Virus record (IMG/VR): IMGVR_UViG_3300042402_003740
Location: 28,328 to 92,327 of that record
Source of the DNA: a virus
Length of the DNA stretch: 64,000 nucleotides
Strand: one strand, 5' to 3'
Position numbers and translations under genes: made by a program. Positions 46,791-54,616 of this stretch are shown piece after piece. The notes under the pieces are model-generated. The model was not told the DNA's origin and ran no database searches. It worked only from the letters and a program-made list of their open reading frames with translations. How positions within the stretch are numbered: position 1 is the stretch's first letter; every line of letters begins with the position of its first letter.

Positions 46791-47276
46791 ATGGACGAGA
46801 ACTACGACGACGATCAAGACATCAGAGAATCCATTGAACGCATTTCCCAAAACTATGGACACACTATGCGAAGGCTGTCTCTTTCCGAGTGGCAAGACCG
46901 CATCAAAAAACAGTATCCGTATTTGGACTTTGATGTTGCAGAGTGTGAATGTGGGTGTGGATGGAGTCGTTTACTTGAACCTCTGTTTGCCTACATTGAC
47001 TGTTGGAACAGGGAAGAGTCTAAAGGCGAACACGAAAATCGTATCACCATTGAACAGGTGAAAGAGAAATTTGGGGGACTCCGTTTCTACTTTACTGGTG
47101 GAGATGACCGCTTTGCTGGCATGGTGGACATGGCAGAACTGCTCTCTGTACACACCTGTCAGGTCTGCGGAACTATGGGAGACAACAAGTACACCATGCT
47201 TCGTTGTCCACAGTGCTCTGCAAAAGAGGCTGATGCTTGTAACAACTGGTACAGGAGTTCTATTGATGGAGAGTGA
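46791..47276 (+). CDS. Conserved phage protein with Zn ribbon
   Basis: GCGW...IEQVKEKFGGLRFY...TCQVCG...RCPQC. Confidence 0.8.
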   Translation: MDENYDDDQDIRESIERISQNYGHTMRRLSLSEWQDRIKKQYPYLDFDVAECECGCGWSRLLEPLFAYIDCWNREESKGEHENRITIEQVKEKFGGLRFYFTGGDDRFAGMVDMAELLSVHTCQVCGTMGDNKYTMLRCPQCSAKEADACNNWYRSSIDGE

Positions 47277-47589
47277 TGATTTTGATGCGTTTGAAAATGC
47301 TCTAGATGAAATCGCCAGTATTCAGCAGGAAGCAGAGAGGCAGTACCACTCTGATGCTGAAAATTGGTGGAGTGGACTCTCACGGGAGCAGCAACTACAA
47401 GCCTTCTATTGTATTTCCAAGAGAATGCACCACGGTCTGGCGCAGGGCTTGTCTTACCGAAGTATCCTCTACGGCCTCTTTGGCTTTGGACTGAACTCGT
47501 ATGGTGTTGGAATTTACTCTGGATTCATGGAAATTTACAACCACTGCGATTTGGAAAGCCGAAAATATAGCAATCCATCTGGGGAGTAA
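47266..47589 (+). CDS. Conserved phage hypothetical protein
   Basis: WWSGLSREQQLQAFY...SYRSILYGLFGF. Confidence 0.7.
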   Translation: MESDDFDAFENALDEIASIQQEAERQYHSDAENWWSGLSREQQLQAFYCISKRMHHGLAQGLSYRSILYGLFGFGLNSYGVGIYSGFMEIYNHCDLESRKYSNPSGE

Positions 47590-47668
47590 CCCCCATCTAG
47601 ATACAGAACCGCTTTGGAGTGAGGCGGTAATTTCTCAAATCACTTCGTATCTTTTAGGAGTATAGCGT

Positions 47669-48424
47669 ATGAAGTTAGCAATGGTATATTTGGCAGCAGT
47701 CTTGGCAACTACTGGTGTGGCAGGGGCAGACGATCCTGCTGCTGTGGAGACTGTGGTTGACCCAAAGCCCTTCGCTTTGGATTTCAGTGCAGAGGTTGAT
47801 TACTACAATTTCGATGAGAGTCTTGTTGTTGTGACTCCAACTATTGGATTCACCCTTTTCGAAGTATTGGATGCAACAGTTGCCCTCCCTGTGTACAACA
47901 ACACAACGGAAACAGGCATCGGCAATCTAGACTTTGGAGCAGAGTACAGCATCTTCCAGAACAAGACTGGTTTGCTCTGGGCTGATTCTTCAACTCTTTC
48001 GGTGAATGGAGAAGTGGGCGTTCCTCTTGATGGAGCATTTGCGTCAGACAGTCTTACTTTTACCTTGGGTGGAGCGTTCGGTCTGAACTGGGGAAATGTT
48101 GGATTCAAGCAAACCGTATCATATCTCTTTGATACAAGTGGCGAGATCTATGTTCCTACATTTGGTGGGTTCATTGATGACTCGGTTCTTAATGCAGACT
48201 CTAGCCTTACCCTCACTGTGAGTGATTCGTTTAGCGTGGGAGCAGAGTTCTCACAGAACTATGCTGGCGACAGCAAGTGGCTCTCTGTTGGTCCAACCGT
48301 GGATTGGAAGGTTTGTAGTGCATTCACTCTGGATGTAGGAGTAGCCTTCCCTGTTGTTCAGGAAGATATGCCCTACGGAGACAATGATTTCACTGTTTCC
48401 GCAGGACTTGGATTCCAGTTCTGA
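47669..48424 (+). CDS. Outer-membrane beta-barrel protein
   Basis: Signal peptide, alternating amphipathic strands, C-terminal VSAGLGFQF (BAM-type signal). Confidence 0.75.
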   Translation: MKLAMVYLAAVLATTGVAGADDPAAVETVVDPKPFALDFSAEVDYYNFDESLVVVTPTIGFTLFEVLDATVALPVYNNTTETGIGNLDFGAEYSIFQNKTGLLWADSSTLSVNGEVGVPLDGAFASDSLTFTLGGAFGLNWGNVGFKQTVSYLFDTSGEIYVPTFGGFIDDSVLNADSSLTLTVSDSFSVGAEFSQNYAGDSKWLSVGPTVDWKVCSAFTLDVGVAFPVVQEDMPYGDNDFTVSAGLGFQF

Positions 48425-48466
48425 TATATACAGAATACCCCGCTTGAGATAGCATCTCTTGCCCGA

Positions 48467-48494
48467 CAACCCCCAGAAATGGGGGTTGTTTCTT
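48467..48494 (+). terminator. Rho-independent terminator
   Basis: CAACCCCCA-GAAA-TGGGGGTTG then TTTCTTT. Confidence 0.8.
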
Positions 48495-48590
48495 TATATA
48501 TACTTATACAATTAAGGAATCATATTCTACCGCCACGGAGTGTGCATAGCACAAACCTGAGCGGATTTTCATTGCCATGAGGAGTTGCAA

Positions 48591-48791
48591 ATGGAACAGA
48601 AACCAGGAACAAAAACCACTGAGTTTTGGATAGCACTTGCTCCAGTTTTGATTGGGGTTATTGAAGGACAGCGGGGTGATCCTGAGAATAATCGTTATCT
48701 TATTGTTTGTGGTACAGCACTGGGGTGTATGTATATACTAAGCAGAACATTTCTAAAAATTAAAACAACAAAAACAACAGGAGATCAATAA
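48591..48791 (+). CDS. Small two-TM protein (holin-like)
   Basis: KPGTKTTEFW...YILSR; two hydrophobic segments, basic tail. Confidence 0.55.
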   Translation: MEQKPGTKTTEFWIALAPVLIGVIEGQRGDPENNRYLIVCGTALGCMYILSRTFLKIKTTKTTGDQ

Positions 48792-49552
48792 TGAAAATAC
48801 TTACCGCTATAATGCTTGCACTAGGAATTGCCACATCTATTGAAGCACAAACAGATCCAAACGCAAAAATTGATTTGACGATGATTGCACCAACGAGTGT
48901 AGTCGGTGTAAATGAAGAGATCGAAGTGCAGATCGTCGCTTCAGCACAGACCACACCCCAACGATATCTTGTTGCAGATATTGTATTTGGTTGGAATCCA
49001 ACAGAACTTCAGTTCATCGGACTATCTCACGAAGGTTCACATCCACTCCTTTGGGTTCCTCCTAGCGGTATGCCATGTCCCGCTGGCTATCAGAATTGTG
49101 AAGGAATTGGTGGCGACTACACAGGAATCAACGAATCCATTCCACCAGCAGACGGAAATGCCTTGTACTATGGATATGGAAAGTTGGGGAGTGTGTGGAT
49201 TATTGATGAACCGGTGCAGATCGTAAAACTAAGATTCAAGGTTATTTCATCATTCTCACAAAGTGATGTTTATTTCATACCTGAGATTACTGTAGATGCA
49301 CAACAGAAAACTATAGTTTATGGTAGTTACATACCTGGTCTTCCCACAACGGGCATCCTGACGAATGCAACAGTTATAGGAAATATGAGAGTGGGAGATA
49401 TCGACGGGAACGGTGTTGTCAACTCCTCAGACTTGGCGCAGTTGATCGCTGCTTGGGGTCAATCTTCTTTTAATCAAAATCCATGTGATTTGAATAGAAA
49501 TGGAATAGTTGATTCTGCTGATCTAGGAATTTTGCTGGATAATTGGGGATAA
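48791..49552 (+). CDS. Secreted cohesin-like + dockerin protein
   Basis: Signal peptide; beta-sandwich; GDIDGNGVVNSSDLAQLIAAWG...CDLNRNGIVDSADLGILLDNWG. Confidence 0.8.
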   Translation: MKILTAIMLALGIATSIEAQTDPNAKIDLTMIAPTSVVGVNEEIEVQIVASAQTTPQRYLVADIVFGWNPTELQFIGLSHEGSHPLLWVPPSGMPCPAGYQNCEGIGGDYTGINESIPPADGNALYYGYGKLGSVWIIDEPVQIVKLRFKVISSFSQSDVYFIPEITVDAQQKTIVYGSYIPGLPTTGILTNATVIGNMRVGDIDGNGVVNSSDLAQLIAAWGQSSFNQNPCDLNRNGIVDSADLGILLDNWG

Positions 49553-49579
49553 ATAAATAATTCTTCTATGAATAAAAGC

Positions 49580-49609
49580 AACCTCCAGAAATGGTGGTTG
49601 TTTCTTTTT
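49580..49609 (+). terminator. Rho-independent terminator (near-copy of 48467)
   Basis: CAACCTCCA-GAAA-TGGTGGTTG then TTTCTTTTT. Confidence 0.75.
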
Positions 49610-49797
49610 ATAGGCGTTTTTGTTTCATTTTCCTGCCGCTCTTTGGTGCGTTGAGTTTTGTCTTTTCGATTTTCTCGTCAAAAACAGGCTTTATTACCTT
49701 ACGCTGCCGCAGTTTTCTCATGCAGGAACTCCTTAAGAAATCTACAGTTATTTAGGCAAATCCTGCTCTTTAGAAATCCAAGAAACCCTAAATACAA

Positions 49798-49939
49798 GTG
49801 GTCTTAAAGGACCAATCGCCAGTCGGCGTGGAGACAGTGCTCGGCAAGTGTCATTACGCTATTCATGCGATTGGAATTTCGCTACCTTACGACCATCATA
49901 GTGGGGGAGAACAGTTAACTCTGTTCTCCCCTATTGTTT
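49798..49939 (+). ncRNA. Putative late-expressed rod-shaped ncRNA with its own terminator
   Basis: CTAAATA at 49788; nested stems; terminator GGGGAGAACAG/CTGTTCTCCCC. Confidence 0.55.
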
Positions 49940-50002
49940 CTCCAGATCGTGTTGCCCAAAAGAAAATGAACATACTTTCTTTTGAGAATCCCCCAAGAGG
50001 GG

Positions 50003-50030
50003 TTGACAAGTGGACGATATCGGGTATACT
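50003..50030 (+). promoter_or_regulatory. Promoter of the tRNA cluster
   Basis: TTGACA-N16-TATACT. Confidence 0.75.
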
Positions 50031-50048
50031 TATCCATGTCAAGCGAAC

Positions 50049-50121
50049 GCCCCTATAACTCAGCAGGTAGAGTAGCAGACTTTTAATCTGACAGTCCCAG
50101 GTTCGATCCCTGGTGGGGGCA
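50049..50121 (+). tRNA. tRNA-Lys(TTT)
   Basis: GCAGA-CTTTTAA-TCTGA arm; cloverleaf. Confidence 0.92.
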
Positions 50122-50143
50122 TTGGAAATAGATAGTGTGATAG

Positions 50144-50216
50144 GCTCCCTTAACTCAGCGGCTAGAGTGCTTCCTTTACACGGAAGAAGTCGATGGTTCG
50201 AATCCGTCAGGGAGTA
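50144..50216 (+). tRNA. tRNA-Val(TAC)
   Basis: CTTCC-TTTACAC-GGAAG. Confidence 0.93.
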
Positions 50217-50232
50217 TTGATAGTTTGATTTT

Positions 50233-50303
50233 GCCCCCATAGTATAATGGCATTACCCTTGATTTGTAATCATGAGAACCCAGTTCGATCCTGGGTGGGG
50301 GCT
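50233..50303 (+). tRNA. tRNA-Thr(TGT)
   Basis: CTTGA-TTTGTAA-TCATG; GCCCCCA/TGGGGGC. Confidence 0.88.
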
Positions 50304-50344
50304 TTGAAAGCAGACCAATCCTACATACTAATAGGAGGTCGTCT

Positions 50345-50746
50345 ATGAAAGAATCTAAATGTAGTTATTGTAATAATGTCTTTACATATAAGACAGGATC
50401 ATCGGCTGGTAAATATTGCTCAAATGCTTGCCAACAAACGCAACAACACCAAAAAAGAGTAAATCTCTGGCTTAATGAAGGTCTTACTGTATCATCAAAA
50501 ACAGCAAAACGATACCTGATGGACAAAAATGCAAGTTGTAGTTGTTGTGGTATTTCTGAGTGGAACGGACTACCTTTAGTGTTGGAACTTGAACATAAAG
50601 ACGGAAATGGTGAAAATAACGATCTGAAAAATATATGTCTTCTGTGTCCAAACTGTCATTCTCAAACAGCGACTTATAAAAATAAAAATAAGGGAAATGG
50701 AAGACATTATCGTAGAAAAAGATATTCCGAAGGTAAGTCTTATTAG
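50345..50746 (+). CDS. HNH endonuclease inserted in the tRNA cluster (putative homing endonuclease)
   Basis: CSCCGISEWNG.PLVLELEHKDGN..NN..NICLLCPNCHSQT. Confidence 0.88.
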   Translation: MKESKCSYCNNVFTYKTGSSAGKYCSNACQQTQQHQKRVNLWLNEGLTVSSKTAKRYLMDKNASCSCCGISEWNGLPLVLELEHKDGNGENNDLKNICLLCPNCHSQTATYKNKNKGNGRHYRRKRYSEGKSY

Positions 50747-50755
50747 TTAGATTTT

Positions 50756-50826
50756 GTGGGTGTGATGTAGTGGCAACATAAGAGTTTTCCAAACTTTTCT
50801 CACGGGTTCGAATCCCGTCACCCGCT
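50756..50826 (+). tRNA. tRNA-Gly(TCC)
   Basis: AGAGT-TTTCCAA-ACTTT. Confidence 0.9.
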
Positions 50827-50852
50827 TTAAAGGAAAATGGAAAAATTAGACT

Positions 50853-51293
50853 ATGATGTATAGAAATCAAAACAACTCACAGCAAAATAATGAATTTGAC
50901 CATAAGGCCGCATTGGGAATAGGCATTTGGGTGATTGCCATCCTGACTGTTCTTGGTGGTGGCATCGGTGGTTGTGCGTACATCAAGCCCCGCTACGATG
51001 TCTGGGCTGCACAGATGCGAGGAGAAGCCGAGTATGCTCAAGCCGAACAGAATCGTCGCATCTCCATTCTGGAAGCCGAAGCGGAACTAGAATCGGCTAA
51101 ATCACTAGCCGCCGCCGAAGTCGAGAGAGCGAAGGGAGTGGCCGAAGCCAACGCCATCATCGGACAGAGCCTCAAGGATAATGAGGCATATCTACGATGG
51201 CAATGGATCAAGAATCTAGAGTCTGGTTCAAACTCTGTCATCTATGTGCCTACGGAAGCGGGACTCCCAATCCTTGAAGCGGGGAAGCGATGA
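50853..51293 (+). CDS. Membrane-anchored SPFH/band-7-related coiled-coil protein
   Basis: TM helix; AEVERAKGVAEANAIIGQSL...YLRWQWI...IYVPTEAGLPILEA. Confidence 0.75.
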   Translation: MMYRNQNNSQQNNEFDHKAALGIGIWVIAILTVLGGGIGGCAYIKPRYDVWAAQMRGEAEYAQAEQNRRISILEAEAELESAKSLAAAEVERAKGVAEANAIIGQSLKDNEAYLRWQWIKNLESGSNSVIYVPTEAGLPILEAGKR

Positions 51294-51411
51294 CAGAGGT
51301 TGCTACTGTATTGATAGTTGCAGGAGTTTCATTTCATATAGGGTGGTATCTAGGCAGAGTTCATCTCATGCTAGATGACATGATTAAGCGTGAGGATCAG
51401 AAGAAGTAACA

Positions 51412-51501
51412 GGACAGATGGCAGAGTGGTCTAATGCTGCGGTTTACTAAACCGCCGATGGTTCTAGAAACCATCCGAGGGTTCGAATCCTTCTCTGTCC
51501 G
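51412..51501 (+). tRNA. tRNA-Ser(ACT)
   Basis: GCGGT-TTACTAA-ACCGC; long variable arm; G73. Confidence 0.85.
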
Positions 51502-51515
51502 TTCTACATAAAAGC

Positions 51516-52268
51516 ATGAAGCAAACCCTTTTCATATCAGATATGCACATTGCATCAAACAAGTGCAAAGCAAAATTACTCTCATCCTTTATCAAAAAAG
51601 ATGAGAGTTCTTGCATTTATCTTGTTGGTGATGTCATAGACATTTGGCGTTTCAATCAGGCTTTCAAAATGGATTTGTCCACACAGACATATCATGTGGA
51701 CTGTATCCGCCGTCTGCTTAAGAAAGCAAAGCACGGAGAAGTGCATTATATTTGGGGAAACCACGATGAATTTATGCACAGGTTCTCCGAGTCCAAGTCT
51801 TTTGGTGGAGTCCATCTCCACGAACGCTGCGACTATACTGCATCGGATGGTCGTCGCTACCTTGTCTTGCACGGACACCAGTTTGATCTCGTATGTAAAT
51901 ACAAGATTGGAACACTCTTGTCCAAGATCGGAGATGTTGGCTATGAACTTCTCATAGACATAAATGAGTGGTACAACTGGTGCAGAAAGAAGATGGGTCT
52001 ACGATATGCATCTCTTTCCAAGTATGTGAAGGTAAAACTCAAAAAGGCAACAATGTTTATTGGTAACTTTGAGAAGCACCTTGCACAATACGCAGAACAA
52101 AATGGATATGATGGCGTGATCTGTGGGCATATCCACGAACCAGCAGATAAAATGATTGGAAAGATCCATTATCTCAACTGTGGATGCTGGACTGATGAAG
52201 CAAACTTAAACTATTTGGTTGACAGGGGAGACGGGAAGGGTATAATCTTATGCAGATACGAAGAGTGA
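51516..52268 (+). CDS. Calcineurin-like metallophosphoesterase (LpxH-like family)
   Basis: SDMH, GDVID, GNHD, HGH, CGHIH, NCGCW. Confidence 0.88.
   Translation: MKQTLFISDMHIASNKCKAKLLSSFIKKDESSCIYLVGDVIDIWRFNQAFKMDLSTQTYHVDCIRRLLKKAKHGEVHYIWGNHDEFMHRFSESKSFGGVHLHERCDYTASDGRRYLVLHGHQFDLVCKYKIGTLLSKIGDVGYELLIDINEWYNWCRKKMGLRYASLSKYVKVKLKKATMFIGNFEKHLAQYAEQNGYDGVICGHIHEPADKMIGKIHYLNCGCWTDEANLNYLVDRGDGKGIILCRYEE
52219..52246 (+). promoter_or_regulatory. sigma70-type promoter
   Basis: TTGACA-N16-TATAAT. Confidence 0.7.
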
Positions 52269-52402
52269 AAAACTTTGCAGAGGACTTTCTTGTTTATCCT
52301 GTAGTCTACATTGGATTGTGTGCTGCTGCTGTTGCGGCAAATGTAGCATTTTGGATATGGGATGCCTTTGGATATTTGTTTTCTCTCCTGAAGAAGAAAT
52401 AG
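52250..52402 (+). CDS. Small membrane protein (50 aa)
   Basis: MQIRRVKNFAEDFLVYPVVYIGLCAAAVAANVAFWIW...KKK. Confidence 0.4.
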   Translation: MQIRRVKNFAEDFLVYPVVYIGLCAAAVAANVAFWIWDAFGYLFSLLKKK

Positions 52403-52489
52403 GGAAGGTTGTCCGAGTGGTTGAAGGAGCAGCATTGGAAATGCTGTATAGGAGCAATCCTATCGTGGGTTCGAATCCCACATCTTCCG
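52403..52489 (+). tRNA. tRNA-Ser(GGA)
   Basis: CAGCA-TTGGAAA-TGCTG; long variable arm. Confidence 0.93.
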
Positions 52490-52490
52490 T

Positions 52491-52562
52491 TGATCTGTAG
52501 CACAACGGCAGTGCAATCCGCTGTTAACGGATAGGTTACTGGTTCGAATCCAGTCAGATCAG
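52491..52562 (+). tRNA. tRNA-Asn(GTT)
   Basis: ATCCG-CTGTTAA-CGGAT. Confidence 0.93.
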
Positions 52563-52565
52563 TTT

Positions 52566-52646
52566 GGTTGTGTACTCAAGCGGCAACGAGGGCAGACTGT
52601 AAATCTGCTGCCATAGGCTTCGGGGGTTCGAGTCCCTCCGCAACCA
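52566..52646 (+). tRNA. tRNA-Tyr(GTA)
   Basis: GCAGA-CTGTAAA-TCTGC. Confidence 0.93.
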
Positions 52647-52648
52647 CT

Positions 52649-52894
52649 ATGAAATACTATGCCATTGCAATTCGTGGAGACGAGTCCCATTTGCTCCGAG
52701 ACAATTTCCTCAATGAGAAGAAGGAACCTACAAGTGGGATTCTCTTCTTCAAAAAGAAGCCTGATGCCGAAGCCGAGTGCGATGGAATGAATCGTCTCCG
52801 CAAGAGCATGAAATTGGAAGAGTGCTACTCTGTTGTTCGGGTCGAAGAGGACTGCGGAATCTATGGGAAGATTGTGGACGGCAAACAGGGATAA
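52649..52894 (+). CDS. Hypothetical protein
   Basis: ATG directly after tRNA-Tyr. Confidence 0.55.
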   Translation: MKYYAIAIRGDESHLLRDNFLNEKKEPTSGILFFKKKPDAEAECDGMNRLRKSMKLEECYSVVRVEEDCGIYGKIVDGKQG

Positions 52895-52905
52895 TATATA
52901 CCTGT

Positions 52906-53370
52906 ATGCCTAAATGGATTCGACCAAGACCTGAAGACCTGAAGAAGGAATATGAGATTGAATACCGCAATCACATAGAGCCTGAATATGGTGATATTTT
53001 TCCTACACTAGAGTCTTTTGTTGCAGCAGCCAAAAAAGGGAAGATTAGGAAAATAACACCAGCAATGGACAGGGAAATAGAGAATCGCAGTCAAACAGGT
53101 TCAATGAAAGAACTCCTTTCCCTCATAAAGTCCTACCGATCCTACCCCAAATACAGAAACGAAAAGACACTGGCAGATTTGGAATCCAAGATCAAGGGCA
53201 AGGGGGAGATGTCTGTTCCGATTGTCTTGGAGTTTCCTGATGGATCGCTCCGCATAATGGGAGGCAATACAAGAATGGACATTGCGTTCTGGTATGCGGA
53301 ATCGGTTCCTGTACTCATAGTAAAGATTCCTAAACTAAAGACATTTGGAGAGTGGAATGAGTCTCCCTGA
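52906..53370 (+). CDS. ParB/Srx-like domain protein
   Basis: VPIVLEFPDGSLRIMGGNTRMDIA resembles the ParB-N GxxR motif. Confidence 0.55.
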   Translation: MPKWIRPRPEDLKKEYEIEYRNHIEPEYGDIFPTLESFVAAAKKGKIRKITPAMDREIENRSQTGSMKELLSLIKSYRSYPKYRNEKTLADLESKIKGKGEMSVPIVLEFPDGSLRIMGGNTRMDIAFWYAESVPVLIVKIPKLKTFGEWNESP

Positions 53371-53551
53371 AGAAAAGATACGAGCAGTAACCGCCACAAG
53401 GCAGTTCTTGTATGATTTACTCAATCCAAAGAAGACTCCCCGTGTACCAAAGGCTGTGCGCCTAGAGGCTCGACGGGTGTTGAAGCACTTTCCTTTTGAT
53501 TGTGAAATCCAAATTAGAGACTGGACACGGGAGGAAAGAGATGCCGATTGA
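53357..53551 (+). CDS. BPSL0761-like small protein
   Basis: MSLPEEKIRAV..TRQFLYDL..PRVPKAVR.EARRVLKHFP. Confidence 0.75.
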   Translation: MSLPEEKIRAVTATRQFLYDLLNPKKTPRVPKAVRLEARRVLKHFPFDCEIQIRDWTREERDAD

Positions 53552-53813
53552 ATACGAAATGATGTATCTGAAGAACACTGTTGTTGATGCCATAAAGCAA
53601 TTTTCACAAAACACAGGATCTGCTGCTTGGATCAACAGCATTGAAGATGCCGTTCTTGACATTGTAGAAAACGACCCTGATGCGATGTCTAAATTCAAAG
53701 ACTATCAGGTGCTTGCAATGCGTGAATTGGTTTCCCGTGGCTACTGGATTAAATGGGACGAAGAGATGGGCTGTACTGTACTGCGAAGATTGCCTTATCG
53801 AAATGATAAATAA
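53541..53813 (+). CDS. Hypothetical protein
   Basis: GGAGG SD. Confidence 0.6.
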   Translation: MPIEYEMMYLKNTVVDAIKQFSQNTGSAAWINSIEDAVLDIVENDPDAMSKFKDYQVLAMRELVSRGYWIKWDEEMGCTVLRRLPYRNDK

Positions 53814-53828
53814 GGTTGGAGGAAACCT

Positions 53829-54050
53829 ATGGCAAAAAACAAAGACAGAAAAAGAATGGAAAACGAGGTGTACTATTTTGTTGGACACCTTAGTACCGAT
53901 GGATACTATACTCCTCTTCTGTTAACTGAAAAGGAATATGCTACGGCTAAAGCCCGTGCTGGAAAGAATCCAGAAGATCTCCATTCCACTTGTGTAGTTT
54001 TCCAACAGGTAATTAATGGAAAAGCAGTAGGCGAAAAATACAAATTGTAG
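53829..54050 (+). CDS. Hypothetical protein
   Basis: GGAGG SD; PLLLTEKE..AKARAGKNPED. Confidence 0.7.
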   Translation: MAKNKDRKRMENEVYYFVGHLSTDGYYTPLLLTEKEYATAKARAGKNPEDLHSTCVVFQQVINGKAVGEKYKL

Positions 54051-54054
54051 CCTA

Positions 54055-54083
54055 TTGACTCTACCCCTTGTTGGGTGTATACT
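54055..54083 (+). promoter_or_regulatory. Promoter, leaderless mRNA
   Basis: TTGACT-N17-TATACT; ATG 6 nt downstream. Confidence 0.75.
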
Positions 54084-54089
54084 TTCGCC

Positions 54090-54299
54090 ATGCCTAAACG
54101 ACATATCGACCATCTAGATCTAGCAGCAGAGCGGGAAGGCTCTGCTGTTCGCCGTCATAACGCCACAATCTGCCGTACTATGGGTTGGGGTAAAGGTATC
54201 ACCAAGCAACGCAGGGCGCACATCGACGGAGAGCGAAAGATTGAAGTGCGAATTATCAATAGAGGAAAATGGATAATAGAGGAAGGAGTTAGAGCATGA
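54090..54299 (+). CDS. Small basic hypothetical protein
   Basis: MPKRHIDHLDL... Confidence 0.6.
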   Translation: MPKRHIDHLDLAAEREGSAVRRHNATICRTMGWGKGITKQRRAHIDGERKIEVRIINRGKWIIEEGVRA

Positions 54300-54388
54300 G
54301 CCGTAAAGGTAGACACCGTGGCTTCAGCCGCCGTCGAAAGATTGGTAGCAGCAAGCGTCGAGCAAGAAAACTCAATCGAATGAAGTGA
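54296..54388 (+). CDS. 30-aa Arg/Lys-rich peptide (not in ORF track)
   Basis: MSRKGRHRGFSRRRKIGSSKRRARKLNRMK; AAGGAG SD, ATGA overlap. Confidence 0.65.
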   Translation: MSRKGRHRGFSRRRKIGSSKRRARKLNRMK

Positions 54389-54403
54389 TTTTGGAGATTA
54401 CAG

Positions 54404-54616
54404 ATGAAATTCTGCAAGACTTGTGGTAATGTTATTCCAAAGATTCGTGTGGAAATTGTTCCGCACACAACCACCTGTGTTGGGTGTTCTACCGAATCAA
54501 AGCGTGTAGGGTTTATGGATTGGCATCACAAGACAGCACCAGAACTTGTCGTGGTTTCTGCGGATGACCGTGAGAATCTACGACGAGCACAGCGTGTAAA
54601 CAGCAGGAGTCGCTAA
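54404..54616 (+). CDS. TraR/DksA-type C4 zinc-finger protein
   Basis: CKTCGNVIPKIRVEIVPHTTTCVGC. Confidence 0.8.
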   Translation: MKFCKTCGNVIPKIRVEIVPHTTTCVGCSTESKRVGFMDWHHKTAPELVVVSADDRENLRRAQRVNSRSR

